Shown in pieces: positions 51,065-63,299 of a DNA stretch of 64,000 nt. The notes beneath the pieces were generated by a model. That model was given only the letters and a program-made list of their open reading frames with translations. It was not told the DNA's origin and searched no databases. This DNA comes from Squalus acanthias (lineage: Eukaryota): assembly GCA_030390025.1 (NCBI GenBank), contig CM059433.1, positions 31,684,001-31,748,000 of the forward strand, given 5' to 3'. The position numbers were made by a program, and so were the translations under genes. Each line of letters starts with the position of its first letter. The stretch's first letter is position 1.

Positions 51065-51957
51065 GGGGTAAAAATTCAGTTGGTTGCACCTCCCGTTAGC
51101 GCCTTAAGAGGGCGCTAATGGGGCGCAAAGCCGCTAACGCCCGGGCGCAGCGATGTTTGCGCCGCTCGAGAACTTAACTTGAGATTGGGCGGCGGCGCTA
51201 AAACTTACCGCTGCGACCATCTGCGCGCGCAGATTGTGACGTCATTCCATGGTGCAACGCCCTTGTGGCGCCCCGGAGCGGAAATTGAGTGGCGCCCCCT
51301 GCCTTACCGCCTGGCGCATCCAACGACCAGAAGACTGGAATGCTATCAATCGCTGTGGGGCTGGGGGGGGCGCTATTTAAAGGGGGCCTCTTCCTGTCTT
51401 TTATTGTTGGTGGCATTTTTGAACTACGCATTCTGAGAGAGAGAGGGAGATACTTCTGGAGAGATTCAACGTTGTGTGAAGGAGTTTTGGGTACTGAGCA
51501 GCACTTTGCAGGTTCATTTTGATTTGCCATTCCTTGTATCGATTTAGCAGAGACTGTGGGAGCTGCACTCTGAGCTCTTTGCCTGGTACTCTCCATTGTT
51601 CTTTCCAGCACATTTGATGTGCAAGTCTCTCCAGGCCGAGATTCAAGGCTGCAATGAACAGGATGTGGATGGAAAGCAAGATTAACCATCCCCTTTAAGA
51701 ACTGGCCCGTGCCATTGTGTGTGTGTTCCATGGCTGACTGACATTACATGAGCTTCGCCAGCGCTCTGAGTTAGCGCCTCACTGCTCGGCCTTTGCGCCT
51801 TAAGACAGGTGTGCAGCACCTGCTTTAGCACTCCACTCACCTCCCGGGGCGGTAAAAGTGAAGTTTCCAGTCAGTGCCGATAATTAGCGCCAGGCGCTAA
51901 TATTTGCGTCCAGACGATATTTGCGCCCCAAATGGGGCGCGACCTAATTTCTACCCC
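51065..51957 (-). mobile_element. Harbinger-derived MITE (family of 20410-21251)
   Basis: GGGGTAAAAATTCAGT / CTAATTTCTACCCC; perfect TTA target duplication. Confidence 0.9.
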
Positions 51958-52586
51958 TTAGTGTTATAATGCAGTCAATGGTTGCTGCCATCGAGTCTCA
52001 GACTGTTCTCCTGCAGTCTCAGCTTGATGCCACGAAAGCTCTGACTGCTGCCATCGTCGCTGGGCCCACCACAGTCCACCGGGGATCTCACGGTGTCGCA
52101 GCAGGCCAGCAATCTGTGCTCCAGCAGATTGCTAGGGATGCTGAGGTGCTGCCCCGGGGGAGTGACAGTGTGTCAGTGGAGCAGGAACCTGCTGTCCTCT
52201 CTCAGGATGACAGTATTTCTGCTCCCACCACTGCCACTCCGCCATTGCCCTTGTCGCTGCCTGTCATCCAGCCAGGCCAGACTGCCGCTGCCTGGCCTGA
52301 GGTCCTGCAAGGCCATCTGTAGTTTCTGGCACCGACACTCAGCAACCTTCCACCAGCCCTACTGCAGCCACTAGGGACAGACTACGTAGGAGCAGTAGAT
52401 TAGGGAAAGTAAGGGTTTGCACAAGGGTGATTAGTTAATATTGTTGTTATATATATGTGTTTACTAAATGTTGATAAATTTTGCTGATTTTGTGCTGTCT
52501 CTCATTTCAGCTTAATGCTGTGATATGGCAAGTGAAATGGATGGAATGATGGGAATGTGGTGAGCAACCGGGATGTGGACTAGAAT

Positions 52587-53611
52587 TTATTGGAACTGCA
52601 GTCTGATGAGGCGGTCACGGACCGCCCTTCCAGAAGGCCGATTGAGTGGTTGCCTCGCTGCTGTTCCTCCTCCTGTTGCACCTCCTCGTCGTCCTCCTCC
52701 TCTTCCTGAGGTGGTGCCACTATGCCTGGTGGCAATGGCTAGGACCTCATGATGGCCAAGTTGTGCAGCATGCAGCACACCACGACAAAAAGGGACACCC
52801 GCTCAGCCGAGTACTGGAGGGCTCCTCCCGAGCGGTCAAGGCAGCGGAACTGATGCTTGAGCACTCCGATGGTGTTTACAATGATGTTCCTGGTGGCGGC
52901 ATGGCTTTCATTGTATGAGTGCTGAGCAGCAATGTTGGGGTTGTGGAAGGGAGTCATGAGCCAGGTGGAGATGGGATAGCCCTTGTCTGCGACCAGCCAG
53001 CGGCGAGCTTGATGTGGTGGCTGGAAGAGTCTGACACAGGATGAAGGCATCGTGGCTGCTGCCAGGATAGCGGGCATTCACATTGAGGATTCGCTGTCTG
53101 TGGTCGCACACCAACTGGACATTAAGTGAATGGTAGCCTTTACAGTTACAGAAGATTTCAGGATTGTTATGCGGTGCCCGCAAAGCCATGTGGGTGCAGT
53201 CAATGGCACCCTGCACCATGGGGAATCCCGCTATCCTGGCAAAGCCACATGCATGCTCGTCCTGCTTCTCTCTGGTGATTGGGAAGGAAATGTAGTCCCT
53301 TCTCCTACTGTAGAGAGCCTCTGTGACCTCCCGGATGCAGTGATGGACGGCGAACTGCGACATGTTCGCTATATCTCCTGTTGTAGACTGGAAGGATCTG
53401 CTGCCAAAGAAATTGAGGGCAACAGTGACCTTGACTGCCACTGAGAGAGCTGTGGCAAGGAGAAGTGCTGTCGGAATACTCTTGGAGGGTAAGGCCTCCT
53501 GTTGAGAGCCCTGATGGCCCTCCTCCTCCCTCTGGCCACATGTTCCAATCTTTCTCACTGCCTCCGCCGTAGATCCTGGAGGGCGAGGTCGACTGCCAGT
53601 ACAGCCCCCAT
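52587..53611 (-). pseudogene. Harbinger DDE nuclease (HARBI1-like), frameshifted and partly deleted
   Basis: VAVKVTVALNFF, GFPMVQGAIDCTH, NCKGYHSLNVQLVCD, ARYPGSSHDAFIL, WLVADKGYP, TRNIIVNTIGVLKHQFRCLD, CCMLHNLA. Confidence 0.9.
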
Positions 53612-54228
53612 TAATGTAAGGAAGTGCAGCACTTTGATATTTTGTGAGAATAAATGTAGCTAATTTTTTAGTATCCACAACACTCTGGAGACTAAACAAC
53701 CTTTAAATGAATGATTTTAAACTGTTGCACAATGTCAAACTGACAAGGAAGCAGTGAAACAGCACTAACCTGAGAGCTGCAACACATTACTCATGGTCCC
53801 TTTAAGTAGCGCCCCTGGAGCCGGCTACCAACTGCTTCACGCCTCTTCTCCCTGTCGCTGTCAGGGCGAGGCGCTAAGGCAGGGGGCGATACTTAATTTG
53901 GCAGATCGGACGCCCAGTGAGCGTTGCACGCTCGCTGACGTCACGATCTGCCTGACGCTGGAGTCCCCGGCGCTAACTTGTAGCGGCGGCACTACCGGGG
54001 GGCCGAATTTGGCATGCGTCGCTGGATTCGCCTCGCCAGGCGCTAACTGGAGACGTTAAGATACCGAATTCTCCCCCGTGGAATTTAAGCCTGAAAATAA
54101 CAGTAAGAATGTAAAAGAGAAAACAGAATTTGAGCTGTTCAATCACTGAGTTAGTGGCTCTGAAAATTATAGATTACATGCTATATGGTATAACACCCCA
54201 ACTGTTATAAAACAGGACTAAAAAACAG

Positions 54229-54357
54229 AGGGGTCATTAACCTGAAATGTTAACTCTGTTTCTCTCTCCACAGATTCTGCCTGAACTGCTGAGTATTTCC
54301 AGCATTTTTTGTTTTTATTTCAAATTTCCAGCATCCGCAGTATTTTGCTTTTGTATT
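54229..54357 (+). mobile_element. Penelope-like terminal-repeat fragment (second family)
   Basis: gggtcattaacctgaaatgttaactctgtttctctctccacagattctgcc...ccagcatccgcagtattttgctttt; flanked by gttataaaacagg / gttacaaaacagg; family assignment is from recall. Confidence 0.55.
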
Positions 54358-54646
54358 AGTTACAAAACAGGGATCCTCTGACACATGCCCATGTGCGCTT
54401 TGCTCATTTAAAAATCACTCTATTTACCCTTGCCCCCACCTAGGAAAAGCAGTCAACGGCACCGTCCAATACTACATTGCTCGAGTATTGCGCTACTATT
54501 TTCACTTGCAGTTTGAACTTCAGCATTCTTCCAAGTGAAGGATTTTGGACTTTTAATACCAGTTCTAAGGAAAACTAAAAGGATGGGTTACAACAAACCC
54601 TAGAATTTGCTTAAAAGTATTAACAACAAAGGATAGAACACAGAAT

Positions 54647-55665
54647 TGTTAACCTGACCGTTTAGAAGGCTTACTGGAAAGGTTGGTCAAGATCATTGGT
54701 ATTGATTCAGATGGCTGAAGGCTAAGTGAAATGATGTACTGTCGCGGAAATAAGGGAAGAGGTTAAAGATAACACAGCTGCTGAGCTGGGCCTCTAAGGT
54801 TTGTGGGAAGCTGTCGTGAACATCAGCACCTGTAGCATCAGTTGTTTTGAACCATGGGAAAGAGCAGCTGTCTTTACCAGCGAGGATGGTACAAGAGCAG
54901 CTCTTCTAAAGTGAAAGGAGGAGACTGTCCATGAGACAGATCAGAGGAACGCCACGCAGGATGTCAACGAAGAATTAACCCCTCGGTCTCCTGAAGCAGA
55001 AGGCTTCGACCATTCTGAGCTTTGAGTTGTACTTCTAACTAAGGTTGTAAGTATCTCTATCTGTAAAAGTGTTGTGATTTAATGTCAATAAAACCAATTG
55101 TTAGAAAAGTTTGATAACCTTGGTTGATTTTACTTCTGATTAACCTAAAGGGTAAAGAGAGTTTAAAAAAAAAACATATACAGAGATTTTATTCACTCGG
55201 CTCTTGGATAACACGGTGGCATAGTGGTTAGCACTGGTGCCTCACAGCGCCAGAGACCTGGGTTCGAATCTGACCTCGGGTGACTGTCTGTGTGGAGTTT
55301 GCACATTCTCCCCGTGTCTGCGTGGGTTTTCTCCGGGTGCTCCGGTTTCCTCCCACAGTCCAAAAATGTGTGGGTTAGGTTGATTTGGCTATGATAAATT
55401 GACCCTTAGTGTTAGGGGGGATTAAATATGTGGGGTTATGGGGATAGGATGGGATATGTTAGGGGGAATTAAATATGTGGGGGTAGGGTGGGATATGTGT
55501 ACTGTGGGGATTAAAGCAGGGACAGGGTACTGGATTTGGATGATCAGCCATGATCGTATTGAATGGCGGAGCAGGCTCGACGGGCCGAATGGCCTACTCC
55601 TGCTCCTAGATTCTATGTTTCTATGTTTCTATAATGCTCGGTCCGTGACTGCCCGTTCGCTAACA
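54647..55665 (+). mobile_element. Putative solo LTR containing an HE1 SINE
   Basis: TGTTA...TAACA termini; flanks CAGAAT / CAGAAG; AATAAA at ~55087. Confidence 0.55.
55212..55630 (+). mobile_element. HE1-type V-SINE (elasmobranch)
   Basis: tRNA head tggcatagtgg / ggttcgaatc; V domain ctgtgtggagtttgcacattctccccgtgtctgcgtgggttttctccgggtgctccggtttcctcccacagtccaaa; CR1-derived tail. Confidence 0.88.
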
Positions 55666-56019
55666 CAGAAGGAACATTGGCCAACTGCAGGGCTATTTCT
55701 GGGAACGGTAAAACATGGTGGGCAGGTGTGTGGCAGTCCTGCCTGGAGTAGAGCTTCCAGATGTGAGCGCAGCTGTTTGGTTGCGGGAAGGTCTGGAGAA
55801 CAAGTCGAGCTCGGTTGTGAAACTGTCTTGTGTGTGAGCAGGTGCAGACCACCTGTGGTGATAAGGCCCGATTCTTGGTCAAATGCCTTTCGTCTGTGGA
55901 CTGACGCATCCTTGTGCCAGAAACAACAGCCTGTGATGCACATCAGCATACAGCCCAAAAGTCCCTCTTCGTGTTTGCTGACAGTCTTGAGACCACATCC
56001 ACATATGCTGCTGCACCAC

Positions 56020-57850
56020 TGTTAGAAATCAGGGGTGTTCAAAATGTATATGGTTATGCGGATAAAACTGTGACGCGAGTAATGCTGTATTTACATGATT
56101 ATATTAGAACTAGAGACAGAAATTCTCTTCAGACTAGTCTTAGAATAATTAGATAGATGCATAGAATCTGCTTGTGCTTTGGTTCCCTGCGGATGTTATA
56201 GCATTCTGAAGTGTGACGGTCATAAATAATCTTGTTTTCAAGTTAGGATTTCAACCTTGTTGATGTTTCTCTAATTGGACTAACTAAGGCTCAATGCCTA
56301 TTTTGCTTCTTTTATTACTAATAACCATGATATAATGCTAAGGTAGGAATTGGTGTTAGCTTAACAAAACTGCTTGTAAAGATAATTAAAAATTAATTTG
56401 GAAAAGACATAGAATGAAAAGAATTTGAGGAGGTTAAGGTATCCATCTTAGGATGGGGCTGTTTGCTAGATGTAAGTGAGATACCGACTGGCTGAAGTGC
56501 GACAGCTCTGGCTCAGGCCTTGTACTTGCTGTGCCAGGGAGGATAGAGACAAAGAGAGATAAGACACGAATTCCAAAGGAAGAACCTTCAGAAAGATTAA
56601 ACAGTAAAACAAATTGGATGAGGTAATGAGACCCCCTTTTGGGGAGGGCTTTCATCCAAGAATTGAGATAAAGAACTTGATGCCCCATTGGGTGATAAGG
56701 TTTTAGGGGAACCTCTATAGGTTAAATGGTCTTGTCAATAATTTGGCCTCAGGCCCACCCCGAAAACGAGAATAAAAGTAACACCCTGAGTGCTTGCCCA
56801 CACAGACGGTGGAGGGGAGAGCCAAGCAGAAGTTGGGCTGGTCGAACGCTCTTTTGAGAGTGATCCCATGCTCACCCACTCGAAGGCTCCAGAGAGAGAG
56901 AGAGGCCAGAAGCCAGAGAACTGTTCACATATGCCAGCCGTCTGTCCGATTGGGTCCAGTACCAGCTGCTTGTCACAGTCGTATGTTTTTGCTGTATAAC
57001 TAGCATGTTATATTCCGTCTTAAACTCTGATTAAACACAAAGGGGGGAAAATTGAGTCGCGCCCCCTTTGGGGCGCTAACTTCGCCAGGGCGCTACTTTT
57101 AGCGCCCTAGAAAAATTAGCACCCCCACGGCCAAAATTGAGTGGTAGCGCCCCAAGAGGGAAGCGGGGCGATACTGGAAGTGCCCCGCCTCCCTCTTGGG
57201 GCGCTGCGAGGGAATATCGCGGCGCTATGTGCCGCGGTACTGCAGGCCTGCCTCCCCTTCTTAAAGGGGAGGGGCCTTGCGCAGCGCGACCCAGGGCCCA
57301 GTTGGGCCACCAGGGCTCGGAGTGCCGGCAAAAGAGCCCGGCTCTCAAGAGAAGTGCTGGGCATATGGAGCGCAGCTGGCACTCCGCAGGGGGGTGGGTC
57401 AGGAGGCCGGGGACGGCAGCAGAGGCAGGTGCTGGCAGGCAGCCAGCATCAAAAATGGCCGCCCGGCACCTCGCCTTTAAATAGTGCCGCCCCGGCCGCA
57501 GGTAGGCCCCCCGGACCCCGTCAGACATAGCGTCCGGTGGATGTCAGGGGGCGCTACCGAAGATCGTGGCCGGGGTGCGAGCGGGGCGCTGCGCATGGCG
57601 ATTACATCATCACCGGCGGCGCAACACCGTGGGGCGCTAACGGTTACCACTGCCGCTAACCTCCCACTGAATTTTGCGGGAGGTGTTGGCAGCGCCGCGC
57701 CCGGGCGCTAGTTGCTTTTCGCCCGGGCGCGGCACCGCAAGGCACAAAGCAATCGAATTATTCCCCCAATATACCCACCATATTGGTTTGCAGTCGATCC
57801 TGATTATTTGAAAGACTAGAGATAAGCTACTAATTGGCCTAATCCCTCCA
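56020..57850 (+). mobile_element. Putative solo LTR containing a MITE
   Basis: TG...CA termini with a 4-bp CCAC duplication (56016-56019 / 57851-57854); TATA-like aataaaag at ~56770; attaaa just before the MITE. Confidence 0.55.
57042..57767. mobile_element. GC/CpG-rich Harbinger-type MITE
   Basis: GGGGGGAAAATTG / CGAATTATTCCCCC; repeated GGCGCTA/TAGCGCC; shares the CTTAAAGGGGAGG motif with elements A and D. Confidence 0.8.
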
Positions 57851-58534
57851 CCACACCACAGAATAAGACACCTTGGAAGAATGGTGAGTGGGCTGGCCCT
57901 GTTTATATAACGGTGGCAAGTAAATACATAGAAATATGTTGCACACAAGTTGCGTGGCAGATTTCATAGAAATCCTAATCTAAACCAAATTCTCCAAATG
58001 TTTCTTGTACAAAACTCTCCCTTGGCTTTCACACAGAGATAACTTTGTGATGTTTTAACTGTAAGAGGAGATCTTGAAACCCAAGAGTTCTTTAAAAAGT
58101 AGTTGGCATATTATTGCTTTTACTAACTTCATGTGAGATTGCTTATCTTGAACATGTATCAGCTAAATATTACAGTGCAACTCTGTACGATTCTGCTTTG
58201 GGCATGTCCTTGTCCCAGCCAGAGCTGCAGGGGAGGGGAGAAAAAAGCTCAGTATGGGTGCAATGCCAAATTCAGTTTTATAGGAACGTCACAGACAGTT
58301 TCTATTGTGAGGTGAGGTACAGCAACACAAGCGGTTGTGATCTCAGGATGGTAGCTGCATTGCACGGTGATTAAAAAATTCCAGTCTCCTGTTGTTAGGT
58401 ATCAGTCCTTGAGATGAGCTGGAGAACCAATTTGTCGCCCTCTTGCACTTACCTTTCTAGTATCTTCACATCTTTTAGTGACACTTTAGAATCTTCCAGT
58501 ACATCAAGGTCATGAAGCCAGGTCTGACCTGGAG

Positions 58535-58903
58535 TAGGGTTGCCAACTCTGATTGGACGTATCGTCACATGACCCTCCCACCCCCAACTGCCCTGCCCCC
58601 ACTCTCCCGCCATTGGTCGCCTGACACAACCATCCTCTTGGCAGATCGTTTTCCCGTGCCAATTGGAAAATGAACCGACTATTACCCGATTGGATGATTC
58701 TTGACTAACATTTAAACAACCTATTTTCCAATCTCCAATATTTTTATAACTAATAAATGGAAGTGTTCAAAGGAAATGAAAGAAAGAACATTTTTTTTTA
58801 ATGCCCCAACAATTTTGCTCCTGGGTTGCTGGAAGCAGAGTCCAGGAGATTCATCTTTAATTCCTGGAGACTCCAGGACAACCCTGGAGGTTTGGCAACC
58901 CTA
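58535..58903. mobile_element. hAT-family MITE
   Basis: TIR TAGGGTTGCCAA / TTGGCAACCCTA; 8-bp duplication ACCTGGAG / ACCTGGTG. Confidence 0.85.
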
Positions 58904-59508
58904 ACCTGGTGTTAAATACTCATTTTTTGATTATGGCTTTTTATGATTGGCCTCTAGCAAGTGAAAATTAATTTTGTCTTACTTTTCATAATTTTTCTTC
59001 AACCCGTCTTTTTGGGTAAGTGCTATTCGCGGAGCAACACCAAACACAGAGAAACAGTCGATTGTACCTTTAGTGCACACATCTACTTTTTGCTGAAAAT
59101 TGGTGAAGAAAGGAGATTATGGTCCAAGTGTCTAAGATGGTAGGTTGAGAATCCAACATTTACAAATACATTAGCAAATTTAAGTTGGCTTTGCAGTCTT
59201 GTTTGGTTGTCCATTCAACATAGGAAAACATCTTACCAGGTGCTTACTAAAGATAATGCATCAGGGAAATGTTGCCATAGCTCACAATCAACATTTGAAT
59301 GCCACAGATCATCTTGAAAAAAAAATGTGTGCACCACTACATGCTGTAAATAAAAATTCAGATTTATATTTCAGCAATGGTGACTTTAAGAAACTGCTGT
59401 CATCTCTTCCAATATAACCACAAAAGTCATGCCGTACCCATAAGAATCCAAAATATGCTCCAGACACCATTATCTCCAGGGTTTGAAGTATCACAATTAG
59501 CGTCTTCT

Positions 59509-61121
59509 TGTAGAATTCGCAATATATCGCGATTTTATAAATAAGGAGAAAAACACAGAGTTTCGTTCAAACAGCTTTTATTTCAGCGGAATGCTGTCAG
59601 GTTTCAAAGTGGACACAAGCAGCTTGTAAAATGGCCGCCGCACCTCGTGGCGGAACATTCTAGACTTTTCGACGGGCAGACAAGATGGCGTTCCAATAAA
59701 CATTTGTGCAAGATCGATTAAGATTCAGCACATTGAAGATAATACACGAGACATCTTGGGTTTGCAGTATACACATAGATACTGAAATCGGTCTCCCAGG
59801 TACGAATGAAGGCTATTGTACCCAGTAATCAAGAACCCATCCAAAGACATTAATATGTAAAATCCCAACGACTCTACGATGAGAGAGCCGTTAGCGGGTA
59901 GTTACAGAAAACACTTGGAGGCCCCAAAACCCCTCCAGGGAGAACACCGACCGATTAAACAATGGGAGAAATATTTACAGGTACTCAGACATTTACGAGT
60001 AGCCCCGAAACCCATTAAAAACGGAGATCACCTATACAAGACATTTGAGCGCCAAACCCTAACAAAGAAAAAGACATTAAGGTTGGGCGGGAAACGGAAG
60101 ATTTTGTACTATAATTACAAGCTCCAACCGTCCATCTCTCTCTTATCTTCGTATCTTGCTGGTGTTCATCCTCGTGGCTGCTCCTGTGTTTTTGACTCGC
60201 CGTCTTGTTCCTGCTTGCCTCGTGTCTCTTTTAAAAGACTGTTGAACTTTGTGATCCGCTCGGATCTACCTCGTGTCGGGTCGCGAAGACCTGTATTGGT
60301 AACCGGTATCGGAACCAAAGGCCCGAGAAGAGATGAGATGAGATGGGAAGAGACGAAGACCATACTTATCGCCATGGTCAGTAAGCCCCGACCGCGCCTG
60401 TAGGTCGAATTGACATTTTCCTTGCCAGGAAGACTTCTTCGAACTTTAAAGAACGGACACCGGAAAATTCTTTTCTTAAGTGTTGACTGGAATGTGAAAA
60501 CCACCAATACAGATCTTCATGACAGCAGACGTTCCAGCCTGCTAGCCGGAGCAGAAACAAGTAAACAAGTGGGGCCAGGAGACCCCCTGATCGACACGTG
60601 GGTGCTGCGGTGAAAACATCCGATCAGCTATTCGGAATTTCTCCGAGTTATCACGAGTGGTGAGCATGAGTCTCGAATCCTACGAATCTAGTTTAGAATA
60701 GGTATTGATAGGGGAGGGTTTAAGTATTAAGGATAATTGTAATGTGTGCCCCCATTTACGGTGTGTCGTTCGTTCCTCGTTTCCCTGAAATCAGTTACAT
60801 AACTGCGTGTAAGATTGTACTGTCATTAATCTGTGCTTATGACATGTATTTCGTAATCTTAAGTATTATGCAATAAAGATTTTCCATTTCGTACCATTCA
60901 ACCGAGTCTACCTGAGTTTCATCTCCATTACTGCTCTCGCATCTAAGTCCAGTGTCTAGAACCGTAAGGGCGAGTGATTCGAACCACTCACAGGTGTGTC
61001 TAGTGCTCCCAGACTGGCTGGAGACCAGAACAGGCAACAAGGCCTAAACCCGCACTGACATACAGGCTGCACAGAGCCACGCGAATCTCACAGGCTGAGA
61101 GACACGTCGGAAACCCTTACA
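59509..61121 (+). mobile_element. Long (1.6 kb) CpG-rich solo LTR
   Basis: TGTA...TACA termini; perfect 4-bp TTCT duplication; TATA-like tataatt at ~60110; AATAAA at 60872-60877. Confidence 0.75.
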
Positions 61122-61289
61122 TTCTCTGCAGGCCACAATTAATGTATAAAGCTCATCATCTTTAAAAGGAAGGCCAGCTCCTGTGGTTTTCAGTAAAAAC
61201 TGCTACAGCGAAGACGAGCTGGACTCCAACATTAAAGGTGAGAGAATCTGAAGATAGTGAAAGTTCTTTGTTTCCAATAAACAATAAAA

Positions 61290-61638
61290 ACAACAATAAC
61301 TTGTATTTATATAGCACCTTTAACATAGTAAAACTTCACAAGGTGCTTCACAGGAGCGTTATCAAACAAATTTTGACACCGAGCCACATAAGGAGGTATT
61401 CGGCCAGATGACCGAAAGCATAGTCAAAGAGGTAGGTTTTAAGGAGCGTCTTAAAGGAGGAAAGAGAGGTAGAGAGACAGAGAGGTTTAGATAGGGAACT
61501 GCAGAGCTGAGGGCCTTGGCAGCTGAAGGCACGGCCACCAATGGTGGAGCGATTAAAATCAGGGATGCTCAAGAGGCCAGAATTGGAGGAGCACAGAGAT
61601 CTTGGAGGGTTGTAGGGCTGGAGGAGATTACAGAGATA
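61290..61638 (-). mobile_element. L2 LINE 3' end
   Basis: NLLQPYNPPRSLCSSNSGLL...GGRAFSCQGPQLC..FKTLLKTYLF; L2 tail. Confidence 0.82.
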
Positions 61639-62029
61639 AACAACCACCTCTGATACAATCACAATCAAAGAATTGTCTCTGGTAGTTTGAGGTGTCCCAA
61701 ATAGAGCCAATGGGGCAAGGGGTCAAAGAAAGAGCTAGTGAGGACACAAGCAGCAGGAGCTTCTGAAAATCTACAAGAAAGGATGCACAATTCGATGGGT
61801 GTGGGGTCCATATTACACAAACTGGGAAAAGACAGCTCCGCGGCCATTCTGCTTTCTGTGCCGGTGAGCTGAGGGACTCCCGAGAACTGAAGGAAGGAAG
61901 CCTGCAGGACAAAGTTAAGGTAAGTACAAGTTCTTAAAACACTTTACACAAACCAAACACACTTACCTCTGCACTCATGCACCCATCACTCACCTACACA
62001 CCGGACATCTCGACCCCTCCAAGCCCTCC

Positions 62030-62334
62030 AGAGCGACGGTCCGCCTCGCTAAATCGGCATGGTTTGGACCTGTCGGGAAGCCCACACTTCAGGGCTAAAA
62101 ATAGGGATTAGGCAAAAAACTGCCTGTTAACTACCTGTTAACAGGCAGTTTATTGGCACTAATCCCCTTCCCGCCTCGGGGCGGCGGGTCCCAGCACAGG
62201 TCGGGTACCCGCCTCCTGTGAAACTGGCATGGAGGCGGGTTGGGGGCGGGATGGGTTCGGGACCCCCGAATCTGCTATTTTCCCACCCCACACGCCTCCA
62301 AACCCGACTCCACGGGCCGGTGAAAATTGAGCCC
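62030..62334. mobile_element. End of a Harbinger-type element related to 18362-19029
   Basis: Ends GAAAATTGAGCCC; the reverse complement matches the left subterminus of 18362; the other end was not found. Confidence 0.6.
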
Positions 62335-62677
62335 TATGCCTCTATCTATAAAGCCCAGGATCCCATATGCTTTATTAACTGCTTTGTTAACCTGTCCTGC
62401 CATCTTCAAAGATTTGTTCACAAACACCCCCAGGTCTCTCTGTTCTTGCACCCCCTTTAAAATTGACCCATTTAGCTTGTACGTTCCTCATTCTTCCTAC
62501 CAAAATGAATCACCTCACACCTTTCTGCGTTGAATTTCATCTGCCATGTGTCTGCCCATTCCACCAACCTATCTATGTCCTCTTGAAGTCTATTACTATC
62601 TTCCTCACTGTTTACTACACTTCCAAGTTTAGTGTCATCAGCATATTTTGAAATTGTGCCCTGTACCCCCAAATACA
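62335..62677 (-). mobile_element. Internal CR1 RT fragment
   Basis: GTISKYADDTKLGSVV...WADTWQMKFNAERCEVIHFG. Confidence 0.88.
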
Positions 62678-63299
62678 AATACTATTTTTACAGCACAGGC
62701 TTTTCTGCTTGCTGCTCATACCCGTTTTCCAAATTGCCGATTCAATGGAAGGAGATTTTAAACATGTCTTGTAACCTATGTGCAGTCTTGCTTTTTAACT
62801 GCAGTGGAGAAAAGAGAAATCCGATATAGAGATTTGAAGACTTCAGTTACCAGATTTAGGTACTGAGGAAATCATTTCTGGTCAGAGACTATCAGGAGGT
62901 CAAAGTTGCACTTGGGTATTGTGAATGCATGATTCACAAAAATATTGGCATCTTTCATGTTATTTTAGAACTAAGGCTCAGAAGGCTCACAGCAGGGATT
63001 GCAGTAGTGGTTGCTATATTTAATATTTGATGGTCACGATGTGGTTTTACTATCATTAATCACTCTTCCACCTTGCTATACACCATGTGGAGAGAGATGC
63101 CATTAAAAGCAAAACTATAGTTAAGACTCCTTGTATGAATGTCTGTTTTAATCCAAGCTGATTACAATCCATTCCTCTCCTAACTCAAGGGGCTGAATGG
63201 CCTCCTCCTGTTCCTATGTTCTTCCTATTTTCCTAACCCACGTACATCACTCAGTGCTTGCATTACAATTCCTTTCCCATCTCTCATCTCCACCTTTTG

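Larger units (their letters stand above)
49185..52410 (+). pseudogene. Harbinger Myb/SANT-like protein, 3 exons
   Basis: Exon 1 49185-49427 MADPSPRERTCRFSDQALEALV...WSEVA*...QCHKKFNDLTRVVR|gtgagt; exon 2 50216-50378 ANLAHNRREQQRTGGG; exon 3 from 50532, split by the MITE. Confidence 0.85.
48828..54077. mobile_element. Two-gene PIF/Harbinger transposon (element D) with a nested LINE and a nested MITE
   Basis: TIRs GGGCTAGAAATTCGGTATC / GATACCGAATTCTCCCCC; convergent Myb (+) and nuclease (-) genes. Confidence 0.88.

Noticed and set aside
52587..53611. Host HARBI1 gene
   Set aside because: It is frameshifted, lies within TIRs, is paired with a Myb gene and has several related copies, so it is a transposon relic.
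54229..54265. Third hammerhead in the second Penelope-like fragment
   Set aside because: The CUGANGA box is missing; only a stem II and GAAA remnant remain.
59879..60403. 174-aa ORF inside the long LTR
   Set aside because: It has no gag, pol or env motifs, and its length is compatible with chance.
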